The notes beneath the pieces are model-generated. The model did no database searches, was not told the origin of the DNA, and was given only the letters and a program-made list of their open reading frames with translations. Below are positions 8,757-17,492 of a DNA stretch of 28,333 nt, one piece after another. The stretch spans positions 1-28,333 of the forward strand of contig JBHLMP010000049.1 in the NCBI GenBank assembly GCA_048938025.1, written 5' to 3'. Every line of letters starts with the position of its first letter. The first letter of the stretch is position 1. The stretch comes from Promethearchaeota archaeon. Lineage in GTDB: Archaea > Asgardarchaeota > Lokiarchaeia > Sigyniarchaeales > SOKP01. The position numbers and the translations under genes are program-made.

Positions 8757-10613
8757 ATGCCCCAAGATAATAGATCTTATTTAAAACAATTAATGCCAAA
8801 AGTATTTAGAACTGAAGGAGATGTTGTTAATTTTGAACCTATTAAAATTGAGCAAAGCTTAATAAAAGAAACAGGATTAGGGAAAGAAATCGCAGGAAAG
8901 ATTACAGAATTAGTAGTTCGGAGGATTATATCTTCAGGGATTAAATTTCTTTCTGGGCCACATATTAGAGAAATAGTGTGTTCTATTCTATCAGAACAGC
9001 ATTTTGAAGAAGAGCGCAAGCTATACACCAGAATTGGTATGCCGTTAATGGATTATGAAGAATTACTTGAGAAAAGTATTATTAAGGAGAAATATAAAAT
9101 ATTAAATCCAGAAAAAATACATCATAAAGCGGCAAATCAACTAGCTGAAGAATATGCATTGTTAAGAATTTTAAATGACGAGGAATCACATTCCCATTTA
9201 TATGGAGATATTTATATTCACCAACTAAAATATTTTGATTTAAGGCCTTATAGCCAATTATGGGATCCAAGAATAATTTTAAATTTTGGCCTTCCGCCAT
9301 TGAAGAATTGGAATATTTCTAGTAAAACACAGCCTCCAAAAAGTCTAACTGATGCTTGTATTCAACTTGCTAATTGGTTGGGAATCATTCAATCTGAATT
9401 CTCTGGAGATCAAGGCTATGATTTTTTTACGATTTTTTTAGCTCCATATGCTGCTAATTTATCATACCAAAAAATTAAAACCGAATTAAGAAGATTCATT
9501 AACGAGATTAACCATTTTTCTTTGATTTCTGGTAAAAGTCTTTTAAAATCTTCTATTACTTGTTTTCCAACAATTATTAAAGACTTTATGAACCTTGATT
9601 ATATTGATTCACAGGGTAACAAAAAAGGAGTTTATGGAGATTTTAAGAAAGAGTGTTTAAAAATATTTAACGCTATTATCGATATTTATATTGAGGGGGA
9701 TTATAACAAAAGTCCATTTCTTATACCGAAACATTTAGTATATTATGATTTGAATTACTTATATGAAGTTAAAGATTCCTATATTAAACTTTTTGAAGAA
9801 ATCAAAAAAACTTATAATCCCTATCTTATAAATTTATCAAGTAAATGGGTTAAAGATGGAATTATTAGAAACATCTCGGATTCATATTTTAATCATGGAA
9901 TTCTTCAAAAAATATCGTTAAATCTTCCTAGGTATGCTTACTTAAGTAAAGATGAAGATATTTTCTTAGAAACATTAAAACGTTATATAAATTTATCTAT
10001 AAAAATTTTGAATAAAAAATATGATATTATTCAGAAACGATTGGCGACAAATTATTTGCCAATGTGTAGTGGAAGCATTAAAGGGAATCCTTTATATGAT
10101 CTTAGTAGACAAGATTTATGTTTAGGATTTATTGGATTAAATGAGGCAGTTCAGTTTTTAACCAATTATGAACTTCATGAGAATGATGAAGCTTTTTCCC
10201 TTGGTAAAAAAATATTAATAGAACTTAATAAATTATGTATTGAGAAATCTAATCAATTTAATAGAAAATATTCATTAATTGAGAGCACTTCAGACGGTTT
10301 AATGCTTAGATTCGCTAGATTAGACTATAAACATTTTCCTATGAAAATTCATCCCAAAATTGAAATACGATACAAGAATGGAGAAAGATTATATTATAAT
10401 AATTCTGCTCACTTCAACAAGCATTCTGACTTAAACTTAAAAGAAAAAATAGCTAAACAGGGGGAATTTCAAAATTTAATCCAAAATGGAGTTATTGAAC
10501 AAATTTCTCTTAATAAAAACAAAAGTGAATTTCAAGACACTCAATCCTTCCAAAATTTTCTAAAATATACAATTGAAAAAACTCACATTGGACGTCTTAA
10601 ATTTATTCCATAA
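8757..10613 (+). CDS. Class III ribonucleotide reductase (NrdD)-like protein with ATP-cone, lacking the glycyl-radical domain and catalytic cysteines (probable pseudo-enzyme)
   Basis: ATP-cone (VFRTEG..FEPIKIEQSLIKET...IREIV), YTRIGMP, HLYGDIYIHQLKYF, FSGDQGYD, SLNLPRYAY, GFIGLNEAVQ and YYNNSAH. There is no C-terminal CxxC..CxxC or RxxGY. ATG at 8757 is preferred over TTG at 8736. Confidence 0.8.
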   Translation: MPQDNRSYLKQLMPKVFRTEGDVVNFEPIKIEQSLIKETGLGKEIAGKITELVVRRIISSGIKFLSGPHIREIVCSILSEQHFEEERKLYTRIGMPLMDYEELLEKSIIKEKYKILNPEKIHHKAANQLAEEYALLRILNDEESHSHLYGDIYIHQLKYFDLRPYSQLWDPRIILNFGLPPLKNWNISSKTQPPKSLTDACIQLANWLGIIQSEFSGDQGYDFFTIFLAPYAANLSYQKIKTELRRFINEINHFSLISGKSLLKSSITCFPTIIKDFMNLDYIDSQGNKKGVYGDFKKECLKIFNAIIDIYIEGDYNKSPFLIPKHLVYYDLNYLYEVKDSYIKLFEEIKKTYNPYLINLSSKWVKDGIIRNISDSYFNHGILQKISLNLPRYAYLSKDEDIFLETLKRYINLSIKILNKKYDIIQKRLATNYLPMCSGSIKGNPLYDLSRQDLCLGFIGLNEAVQFLTNYELHENDEAFSLGKKILIELNKLCIEKSNQFNRKYSLIESTSDGLMLRFARLDYKHFPMKIHPKIEIRYKNGERLYYNNSAHFNKHSDLNLKEKIAKQGEFQNLIQNGVIEQISLNKNKSEFQDTQSFQNFLKYTIEKTHIGRLKFIP

Positions 10614-10780
10614 TTCCTTATAATTTTACTCCTTACTTTTTGCATTAGAACTAAAATAAAAAATTAAATAATAGAACTATTTTTGATATATTAACATATT
10701 ATAAACATTTGAATAAAAAAATAAAATATAACGGTATTTCTCTTTTTCATTAATTAAAATCTAACAATCCCCATTAAATT

Positions 10781-12199
10781 ATGAGTAGTATAGAAAGACG
10801 GATCATAAAATCAGTAATTTTAAGTTTATTTGATGAGGAAGGACCTACACCTAAAATTTATTGGCCCCAAGATATAGAAGAATCTGCTCGTTTAGTCATT
10901 GCAATGAAAACAATCAGCCTTTTAATGGGAGATGCAATATATCAAAATGGAACTGATATTGATGGCGTTAATTATTTTGGTATATTACCTTTTCCTGATT
11001 TAAAAATGAATGGATTAACCTATTTTTTTTTAATATCTGATCCAAAAGCGCGCGGTCATGCAACAGCAGCAACTATTACAGTTTTAATTGATGAGAATAA
11101 CAGGGTTTTTTTTTATGAAAATATGAAATATTTAAGAATAATTATAGATAAAGCAGCTTCAAGAGTTCAAACTTCAAAAAGTTTCGATGAGAGCAAGCAA
11201 ATTATGGAAGATCTAAGACTAGAATTATTTGAATTTACTAAAGAATTAAAAGATCCTTTATCAATAAAACGACAAATAAAAATACTTTTTGTTGGACTGG
11301 ATAGAGCTGGTAAAACAAGCTTTTTACATGGCGTTAAAAAACGGTATTCTGAAATTATAAAAGTTCTTCCTACTAAGGGTGTTGTTAGAACAGAAGAAAA
11401 ATTATTTGAAGAGCAAAACTCTCAGATATCAATCTGGGATTTAGGTGGACAGCAAAAATATCGAGAAAAATTTCTTGAACAGGGAAAAATTTATCTGTAT
11501 AATGTAGATCTATTATTTTATTTTATTGATATACAAGACGCAAAAAGAATTAAAGAAGCTATTGATTTATTTAAAAAAATCTTAAATTCATTAAAGGAAT
11601 TAGATGAATCTCCGCCAATAGTGATATGTGTAAATAAATTTGACCCAGATTTGAAAAAATCAAAAGAGATTAGGAAAATTTTAAAAATTACTGAAGAAGA
11701 AATAATAAAGAGTTCAAGCGATTTCTTTTTTAAAATATTTCATACTTCTGTTTTTGATCATTGGTCGTTAATTTCTGCTTACTCTTATGGGCTCGCACAG
11801 CTTAGCCCTAATCGTGAATTATTTGAAAATCAATTAAAATTCTTAGCAAATAAGACTAATTCAGATGCGTTATTATTACTAAATGACAATGGAATTATTT
11901 TATCTAACTACTCAAACGAAAAATCAGAGATCTCTGAAAAGGTTTTTGAAATATCCGCACCTCACTTCCAAACGCTTTATAAAACATTTAAGGAATTTAA
12001 ATTGTTAAAACAAGATTTCATTGTTTCATCTGGAATAACTGATGAAGAGAGAAAGATAATTTTTAAAAAAATTTTGATAAATAAACATAATTTATATATA
12101 CTTCTTTTTATGGAGAAATTTGAAGGAATTGAAAAGATAGAAAAACAACTTCCAAAATTTACCAAGAATGTAAAAGAATTAATCCAAACGTATATCTAA
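10781..12199 (+). CDS. Rag/Arf-like small GTPase with N-terminal uDENN/longin-like domain (DxxARG motif) and C-terminal roadblock-like domain (GTPase C)
   Basis: G1 GLDRAGKTS, G2 LPTKG, G3 WDLGGQ, G4 NKFD, G5 TSVFD. N-terminal VILSLFDEEGPTP and ISDPKARGH. C-terminal LLLNDNGIILSNY. Paralog of 2038..3537. Confidence 0.88.
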   Translation: MSSIERRIIKSVILSLFDEEGPTPKIYWPQDIEESARLVIAMKTISLLMGDAIYQNGTDIDGVNYFGILPFPDLKMNGLTYFFLISDPKARGHATAATITVLIDENNRVFFYENMKYLRIIIDKAASRVQTSKSFDESKQIMEDLRLELFEFTKELKDPLSIKRQIKILFVGLDRAGKTSFLHGVKKRYSEIIKVLPTKGVVRTEEKLFEEQNSQISIWDLGGQQKYREKFLEQGKIYLYNVDLLFYFIDIQDAKRIKEAIDLFKKILNSLKELDESPPIVICVNKFDPDLKKSKEIRKILKITEEEIIKSSSDFFFKIFHTSVFDHWSLISAYSYGLAQLSPNRELFENQLKFLANKTNSDALLLLNDNGIILSNYSNEKSEISEKVFEISAPHFQTLYKTFKEFKLLKQDFIVSSGITDEERKIIFKKILINKHNLYILLFMEKFEGIEKIEKQLPKFTKNVKELIQTYI

Positions 12200-12330
12200 A
12201 GTTTAAGAATTATACACCTCTCACTTTTTATTATTAAATACTTAAGATTATTATAAAAAAGGAAAGTAAAGATTCTTAAGAAGATAATTTTATTATTTTT
12301 GTAATAAAACTAAATTACTTTCCATAGACT

Positions 12331-12972
12331 TTGATATATAAAATCTATCTAATTGATGGGGATAATGGGATTTCCATATTAGAAACAACTTTTAGAGAAT
12401 TCCAGAAAGGAAAAATTGGAGACAATGTGATACCTGGCTTTTTCAAAGAGTTAAATCAAATTATTGATAATATTCAAGAAGCGATGGCGAAAGGTAAGAG
12501 AAGTGAAGAAATGATAAGAATACTAGAATCTGAAGATTCCACAATAGTAATTTATTATCATCCTGCCTCCCGAATTCTTTTTTGTTCCATTTCTGATGCT
12601 GATGATAACACGGATAAATTAACAGAAGTTATTCAAAAGATCGCAAACAGATTTTGGAAAAAACATCAATCAGATATTAAAACATTTCGAACAACAACTA
12701 ATAAAAGTAGATTTCAAACTATTCAGACGGACATTGAGAATTTAACCCATGGAGGAAAAATTGCAGAAACTTTCCCAAACTTATTAATTGTTAAAAATGT
12801 TTTGGAAAAAATTCTGTCTATGGGGATGATTAATGAATTTGACTTCAAAATAGCTCTAAAATGCACTGGGAATAGTTCCCCTCTAAAAATTGCTAGATTT
12901 TTTAATAAAACAAGAACTGAAATTAATGAAGTCTTAAAAAAATTAGAAGAATTAGACATTATTAAAATGTAG
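12331..12972 (+). CDS. Longin-like domain plus C-terminal winged-helix protein
   Basis: IYKIYLIDGDNGISIL...IPGFFKEL...ILFCSISD...IQKIANRFWKKH follows a longin pattern. CTGNSSPLKIARFFNKTRTEINEVLKKLEELDII follows a wHTH pattern. TTG start. Confidence 0.65.
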   Translation: MIYKIYLIDGDNGISILETTFREFQKGKIGDNVIPGFFKELNQIIDNIQEAMAKGKRSEEMIRILESEDSTIVIYYHPASRILFCSISDADDNTDKLTEVIQKIANRFWKKHQSDIKTFRTTTNKSRFQTIQTDIENLTHGGKIAETFPNLLIVKNVLEKILSMGMINEFDFKIALKCTGNSSPLKIARFFNKTRTEINEVLKKLEELDIIKM

Positions 12973-13099
12973 GGTTTATTTCAACTATTTCATATAACTC
13001 ATCATAAATATTACAATTTTTACGGTAAATAGAAAAAAATAAAAACTTTCAATATTTATTCTAAATACAATAAATACAGCTAAATTAAGTGTTTGAATT

Positions 13100-13711
13100 A
13101 TGGAAACGGAAACTAACGAAAAAATTTACCCAACAATTAAATCACCATCTAGAGAACATCATATAAGGAAAGGAAAAGGGTTCTCATTAACAGAAATTAA
13201 AGAGGCTGGAAAAACAATACAACTATTACATAAGTTAAATATTCCAGTTGATTATTTTAGGAAATCTACTTATAAGGATAATGTAGAAAAGTTAAAAAAG
13301 TTAAAAATAGAAAAAAAGAAGGGTGAGAAAAAGAAACCTTATGTTTATAAAGAAAAGGAGCGTACACCCTTTAAACCGAAAAAAGAAAAAGTAATTAAAA
13401 AACCAATTAAAAAAGAATTAGTTGTTAAAAAACCAACACCTAAGAAGAAACCAAAACCCATTAAGAAAGAAAAAATAAAAATAGAACCTACAAAAGTTAA
13501 AAAAGAAAAAATTGAGTTAAAAGGTATACCATTAACTTCGTTAAGTGGGCTAGGACCAGCGACAGAAACAAAATTTCACGAATTAGGGGTTGTTACAGTT
13601 GAGGATTTAACAAAAGAAGATCCTAAAGAACTTGCAGCATTGATTAAGGGAGCCTCAGAAGAGAGGATCCTAAAGTGGATTGAAGAAGGAAAAGAACTAA
13701 TTAAACAATAA
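13100..13711 (+). CDS. rpl13e: Ribosomal protein eL13 (L13e) fused via a Lys/Pro-rich linker to a helix-hairpin-helix domain
   Basis: RKGKGFSLTEIKEAG...IPVDYFRKS...NVEKLK matches the L13e signature RxGRGFSLxEL..AG...VD.RR. The C-terminal LTSLSGLGPATETKFHELGVVTVEDL is an HhH motif. Confidence 0.78.
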   Translation: METETNEKIYPTIKSPSREHHIRKGKGFSLTEIKEAGKTIQLLHKLNIPVDYFRKSTYKDNVEKLKKLKIEKKKGEKKKPYVYKEKERTPFKPKKEKVIKKPIKKELVVKKPTPKKKPKPIKKEKIKIEPTKVKKEKIELKGIPLTSLSGLGPATETKFHELGVVTVEDLTKEDPKELAALIKGASEERILKWIEEGKELIKQ

Positions 13712-13828
13712 AGCTATCAGACTCTTAAATTAATTTATTCAATTTATTTTAAATAACTTCTTTAATCATAATTTTCATTTTTATAAAGATTTTTAAAGTT
13801 TTAATATATTAAAAAAGTAAGTTTTTTC

Positions 13829-14347
13829 TTGATTATACAAAACTTAGTGTTAAGCGTGGAATACAATTATTATGTTTATGATAAACCTGAATGTAAATTG
13901 ACTATAAACAAGATGCCCATTTGGTTCAGAGAAATTAAGTTTGAAGGGGATTACAATGAAGGAATTATCGTACTTCATTCTCAAAATGACTATGATGAAA
14001 TTTGGGGTGCTGATGCCAAAATGGAGATTTTTTGGGAAAAAAAAGATCGCGCAAGTTTGTATTATGCAAAAGAAATTCAAAAATCTATTGATGTATATAA
14101 TGCGATTGGATTAGTTATTATGTCAAAAGAGAATACATATGTAATGAGTCATGATTTTACTTTTTGGTATGGACGGCGCTCAAAAATGATTAGAAAAAGA
14201 TATTATAATGAAAAAAGCATTCATGGTATATTGTATTGTGATAATTCTGAACGGTTGATTAATATTCATACTACTATTGTTGACAAATTATATGAAAACT
14301 TTAAACCATTCATTCTTAAATGTTATAATAACATTTTATGCCATTAA
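13829..14347 (+). CDS. Conserved hypothetical protein with a C-terminal Cys-His
   Basis: Open frame with protein-like composition that fills the gap between neighbours. The start is uncertain (TTG 13829 or GTG 13856). Confidence 0.65.
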   Translation: MIIQNLVLSVEYNYYVYDKPECKLTINKMPIWFREIKFEGDYNEGIIVLHSQNDYDEIWGADAKMEIFWEKKDRASLYYAKEIQKSIDVYNAIGLVIMSKENTYVMSHDFTFWYGRRSKMIRKRYYNEKSIHGILYCDNSERLINIHTTIVDKLYENFKPFILKCYNNILCH

Positions 14348-15108
14348 TTATTCAAATTTATTTTTCTTTTTTGAGCTAAAATAAAAAAGTTGTCTTTCTT
14401 ATTTGGTCCTCCAAATTTCCTAAACTCTCTGATTTTAAATCTTTTTATAATCTTTTTAGCTTCATTTTTAGAGAAAAAATGATAAAATCTATAATAAGTT
14501 TTGTTATCTTTTGATATTTTCCAAGAAACGAGTTTATCACCGAAGTAATTTAATCCTTTTTCCTTTTGCTTAATTCTATATTTATATGAAAAAACCCGTT
14601 TAATTAAATCTCCAATGAAATAAAATCTATATTTTTTTTGGAATTTTCTCCATAATGTAATACAACAATAACCACCTGGCTTTAAAATATTATAAATTTG
14701 AGAGAAGATTTTATTTCGTTCTAAATTAGTGTGAACATGGTGGATGGTTGCTATTGAAAAAACATTATGAAATGATTTTGGTCTTATTGGTAAATAACAA
14801 ATATCACTTAAAATTAATTGAGGGGTGCTCTTTAATATATTAAAGGTTGACTCTAAATTTTTTAACTGCGAAATCGCTATCTTTAAAAATTCATTAGAGT
14901 TATCAATTCCGATCAATTTTTCCGAAAAGGTGGAAAGAATTTTGAAATGTCTTCCATTAGCGCACCCCAAATCAATAGAAGTTCCAAAAAATTTATACTG
15001 TTTGTTTTTTAGATATAAAATAAAATTCTCAAGATCTTTCCACGGCTTTTTTCTCTTCAAATGATAATCTTTTGCAATTAAATTATATGCAGAATTTTTT
15101 AGAGCCAT
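14344..15108 (-). CDS. Class I SAM-dependent methyltransferase, Trm9/ALKBH8-like (putative tRNA wobble-uridine methyltransferase)
   Basis: Motif I DLGCANGR, GIDNS, SIATIHH, ILKPGG and RFYHFF, plus an N-terminal YNLIAKDYHLKRKKPW, all resemble Trm9. Confidence 0.75.
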   Translation of the reverse strand: MALKNSAYNLIAKDYHLKRKKPWKDLENFILYLKNKQYKFFGTSIDLGCANGRHFKILSTFSEKLIGIDNSNEFLKIAISQLKNLESTFNILKSTPQLILSDICYLPIRPKSFHNVFSIATIHHVHTNLERNKIFSQIYNILKPGGYCCITLWRKFQKKYRFYFIGDLIKRVFSYKYRIKQKEKGLNYFGDKLVSWKISKDNKTYYRFYHFFSKNEAKKIIKRFKIREFRKFGGPNKKDNFFILAQKRKINLNN

Positions 15109-15223
15109 TTATTAAAATTATTAAACATTTTTCATATTTTATGATTAAGAAAATAAATAAAGTCTATAAAATTTTAATTCATTAGCAGATATTAGATTTG
15201 ATTTCATTATTTTTAGGAGCAAA

Positions 15224-16846
15224 ATGGAAAATATAAGTAATATATTAACAGAATTAGCAAAAAAGCTTAAATCAGAGATATTAGATCATTATAATAAATG
15301 TTACACTTACATAAAAGACTTATACTCATATAAAAATATAGATATTAGTAAAGAATTGTCTGATTTACCTGATAATTTAGTTGAGCAAAACATTCGTGCT
15401 CTAATTTCTGCTACCAATTCAGCTTTAAATACAATTGGAATTCCGTTTCAAGAATTAAATACTGAGGCTGAAATTTTTGATGGGATGTTTAAAGTACAAA
15501 GAGAAATTTATTCAGATTATAATAGTTTCTTTGAATTAAGTTTAAAGCCATATATTAATCAGTACGTTTTTAAAAGCATTCTTGAGTATCTAATTGGGCT
15601 TGATGATAAAAAAGTAAAAAATTTAGATTTGTTTGATTTATTTCCAAAAAATTTTCTAAAGAAAATGAATAAAATAAAAAAACAAAACGAAAATTTAGCA
15701 GACAAAGAATACCTAAAAAAAATCATTGAAAAACTTAATAAGTTTTATGATGCAACCAATTTTTTAATTAATCAAGAAAATTTAGAGGAAATAAATCAAA
15801 AAATACAAGTAGATTCTGGTGATGGCATATTAAAACAACTCGAAGAAGCAAAAAAAGAAAATATTGAAGTACTTGGGAAATCACCCTTATCAGACATGAT
15901 AAGAAATAATCATATTCAAATTGACGATAAAAGCGAAGTTATTCATTTTTATACTAGTTTCCTTGATTATTTTGGAAATTTTCCTCAATTAGATCAAGAA
16001 TTAATTGCTAAATTAAATATTAATATTAAGGATTTTATCAATTCTGCATTAAATTTTTACTCTTTTCTCGATTTAGAAAATCTCTTTTATTTCTTAAGTA
16101 TATTAAGAATATTAGGGCAACAAATACCTTTTACTCAAGATGAAATATTAAACGTTTTAAATTATTTTAGTAGTAGAAAAGTATTTAGTACAGGTAAGTA
16201 TCATAAACCAAATCCAATAAGTAACTTTTTTGGTCTATCTATTTTGTCTGAATTGGGGTCAATAAATCAAACGGAAGTAATAGATCCTTTAGATATTGAA
16301 ATGTTTTTAGAAAATGAATTAAAAAATTTTTTGCCAGAAAAAACATCTTTAAATTTTTTTACTTTATTATCTTTAAAAATTTTGGAAAGAAACGGTGGAA
16401 TTATTGTAGATAAAAGTAATTTAATTAAGCCATCAATACAATTTAATCTAATTAACTTAGAACGCAAAAATTTCCCTGCGGATATGTTATACCATATTGG
16501 GCTTTTGAAAATGATAGATAAAGATATAAATTTAAATGCTTTTAAAAATCCTTATAATACTGAGATCAAAAAGTTGATTTCTCCAACAGGGCTTATAAAT
16601 AATAATTTAACAGATACTGCTAAGGCTTTATTGATATATGATTTATTAGAATTAAGAACTGATGAATTTGCAACTATTAATACCTTACTTAATAATGTAA
16701 TTAGTTGTTTTAACTTCTTTGAAAAAGCAGATTTTAAAGAAGATTTTAATTGGATGAATAATAAGCTTGCTTTTAAAGTAGAACTTCGTATGCTTTTTTG
16801 GACTTTATTAGCTTTTTTACAATTTTCAGATTATTTAGTAGGATGA
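15224..16846 (+). CDS. Hypothetical helical protein; C-terminal half possibly a degenerate prenyltransferase/terpene-cyclase-type alpha/alpha barrel
   Basis: 540-aa ORF with AGGAG upstream. It has repeated hydrophobic helices (LFYFLSILRILG, NFFGLSILSELG, NFFTLLSLKIL, TAKALLIYDLL). The fold call is tentative. Confidence 0.6.
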   Translation: MENISNILTELAKKLKSEILDHYNKCYTYIKDLYSYKNIDISKELSDLPDNLVEQNIRALISATNSALNTIGIPFQELNTEAEIFDGMFKVQREIYSDYNSFFELSLKPYINQYVFKSILEYLIGLDDKKVKNLDLFDLFPKNFLKKMNKIKKQNENLADKEYLKKIIEKLNKFYDATNFLINQENLEEINQKIQVDSGDGILKQLEEAKKENIEVLGKSPLSDMIRNNHIQIDDKSEVIHFYTSFLDYFGNFPQLDQELIAKLNINIKDFINSALNFYSFLDLENLFYFLSILRILGQQIPFTQDEILNVLNYFSSRKVFSTGKYHKPNPISNFFGLSILSELGSINQTEVIDPLDIEMFLENELKNFLPEKTSLNFFTLLSLKILERNGGIIVDKSNLIKPSIQFNLINLERKNFPADMLYHIGLLKMIDKDINLNAFKNPYNTEIKKLISPTGLINNNLTDTAKALLIYDLLELRTDEFATINTLLNNVISCFNFFEKADFKEDFNWMNNKLAFKVELRMLFWTLLAFLQFSDYLVG

Positions 16847-17463
16847 ATTTTATTTAAAATAAAATTTAAGAAATTTTTCACTGAAGGCTTTATTTTGTTT
16901 TCATTAACTAGTGTATTATACTTGTTAATGATTTCTTCATTCAAATCTATATCTATTAAGGCTTTATTTCCTAATTTCATGTATTTCTCAATATCAATAA
17001 GAGGAGAATCTTTCCCTATTCCGGGACAATATTCAATTCCTTTATTACTATAGAATATGTCAATTCCGTATTGATTTTTATCCTCATTTTTATTTATTCT
17101 CTTAAAGGAAAAAGGAAAAGTACGGCAAAACATCGGACGTAGATTATAAATTTTACATATTTTATTTTTAATATCATAAAAATAACATTCTCCCGTCTTT
17201 TTCTTGAATAAACCTACAAAAGCAAATCCTTTTTGTGTTTTTACAGGAGATATAACCATTTTTTTACGATTTTCTTCATTCAACTCCGTATTAAAAACAT
17301 AAAATGCTAAAATGTAAATTAATTCATTAAAAGTTAGAGTTAATCCTTTTTTAATCCTTAATATGTCACTATAAGTAATATTTACTATAGTATTACTATC
17401 TGTGCAACAATTACCACATTTAATACATTCAAATCTAAATTCATGTGATTTTTCCATGTTCAA
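16831..17463 (-). CDS. YkgJ-family cysteine-cluster (CxxCxxCC; Zn/Fe-chelating) protein
   Basis: FECIKCGNCC...CYFYD...CKIYNLRPMFCRTFPF...CPG. Confidence 0.88.
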   Translation of the reverse strand: MNMEKSHEFRFECIKCGNCCTDSNTIVNITYSDILRIKKGLTLTFNELIYILAFYVFNTELNEENRKKMVISPVKTQKGFAFVGLFKKKTGECYFYDIKNKICKIYNLRPMFCRTFPFSFKRINKNEDKNQYGIDIFYSNKGIEYCPGIGKDSPLIDIEKYMKLGNKALIDIDLNEEIINKYNTLVNENKIKPSVKNFLNFILNKIHPTK

Positions 17464-17492
17464 AATATAAAAATAAAAAGTAAATAATTAAA

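Noticed and set aside
10614-10740. Possible decayed NrdD C-terminus after the stop (in-frame LTFC; ATAACGGTATTTC resembling ITGYF codons)
   Set aside because: It needs readthrough plus several indels, the second Cys and the Arg are missing, and the internal catalytic Cys residues are also lost. Likely coincidence, though alignment with relatives could revisit it.
5652-12199. C-terminal LYK and TYI of GTPases B and C as proteasome-docking HbYX motifs
   Set aside because: The paralog ends RYIA, and the Tyr is more simply part of the roadblock terminal helix. The motif is too short to support the claim.
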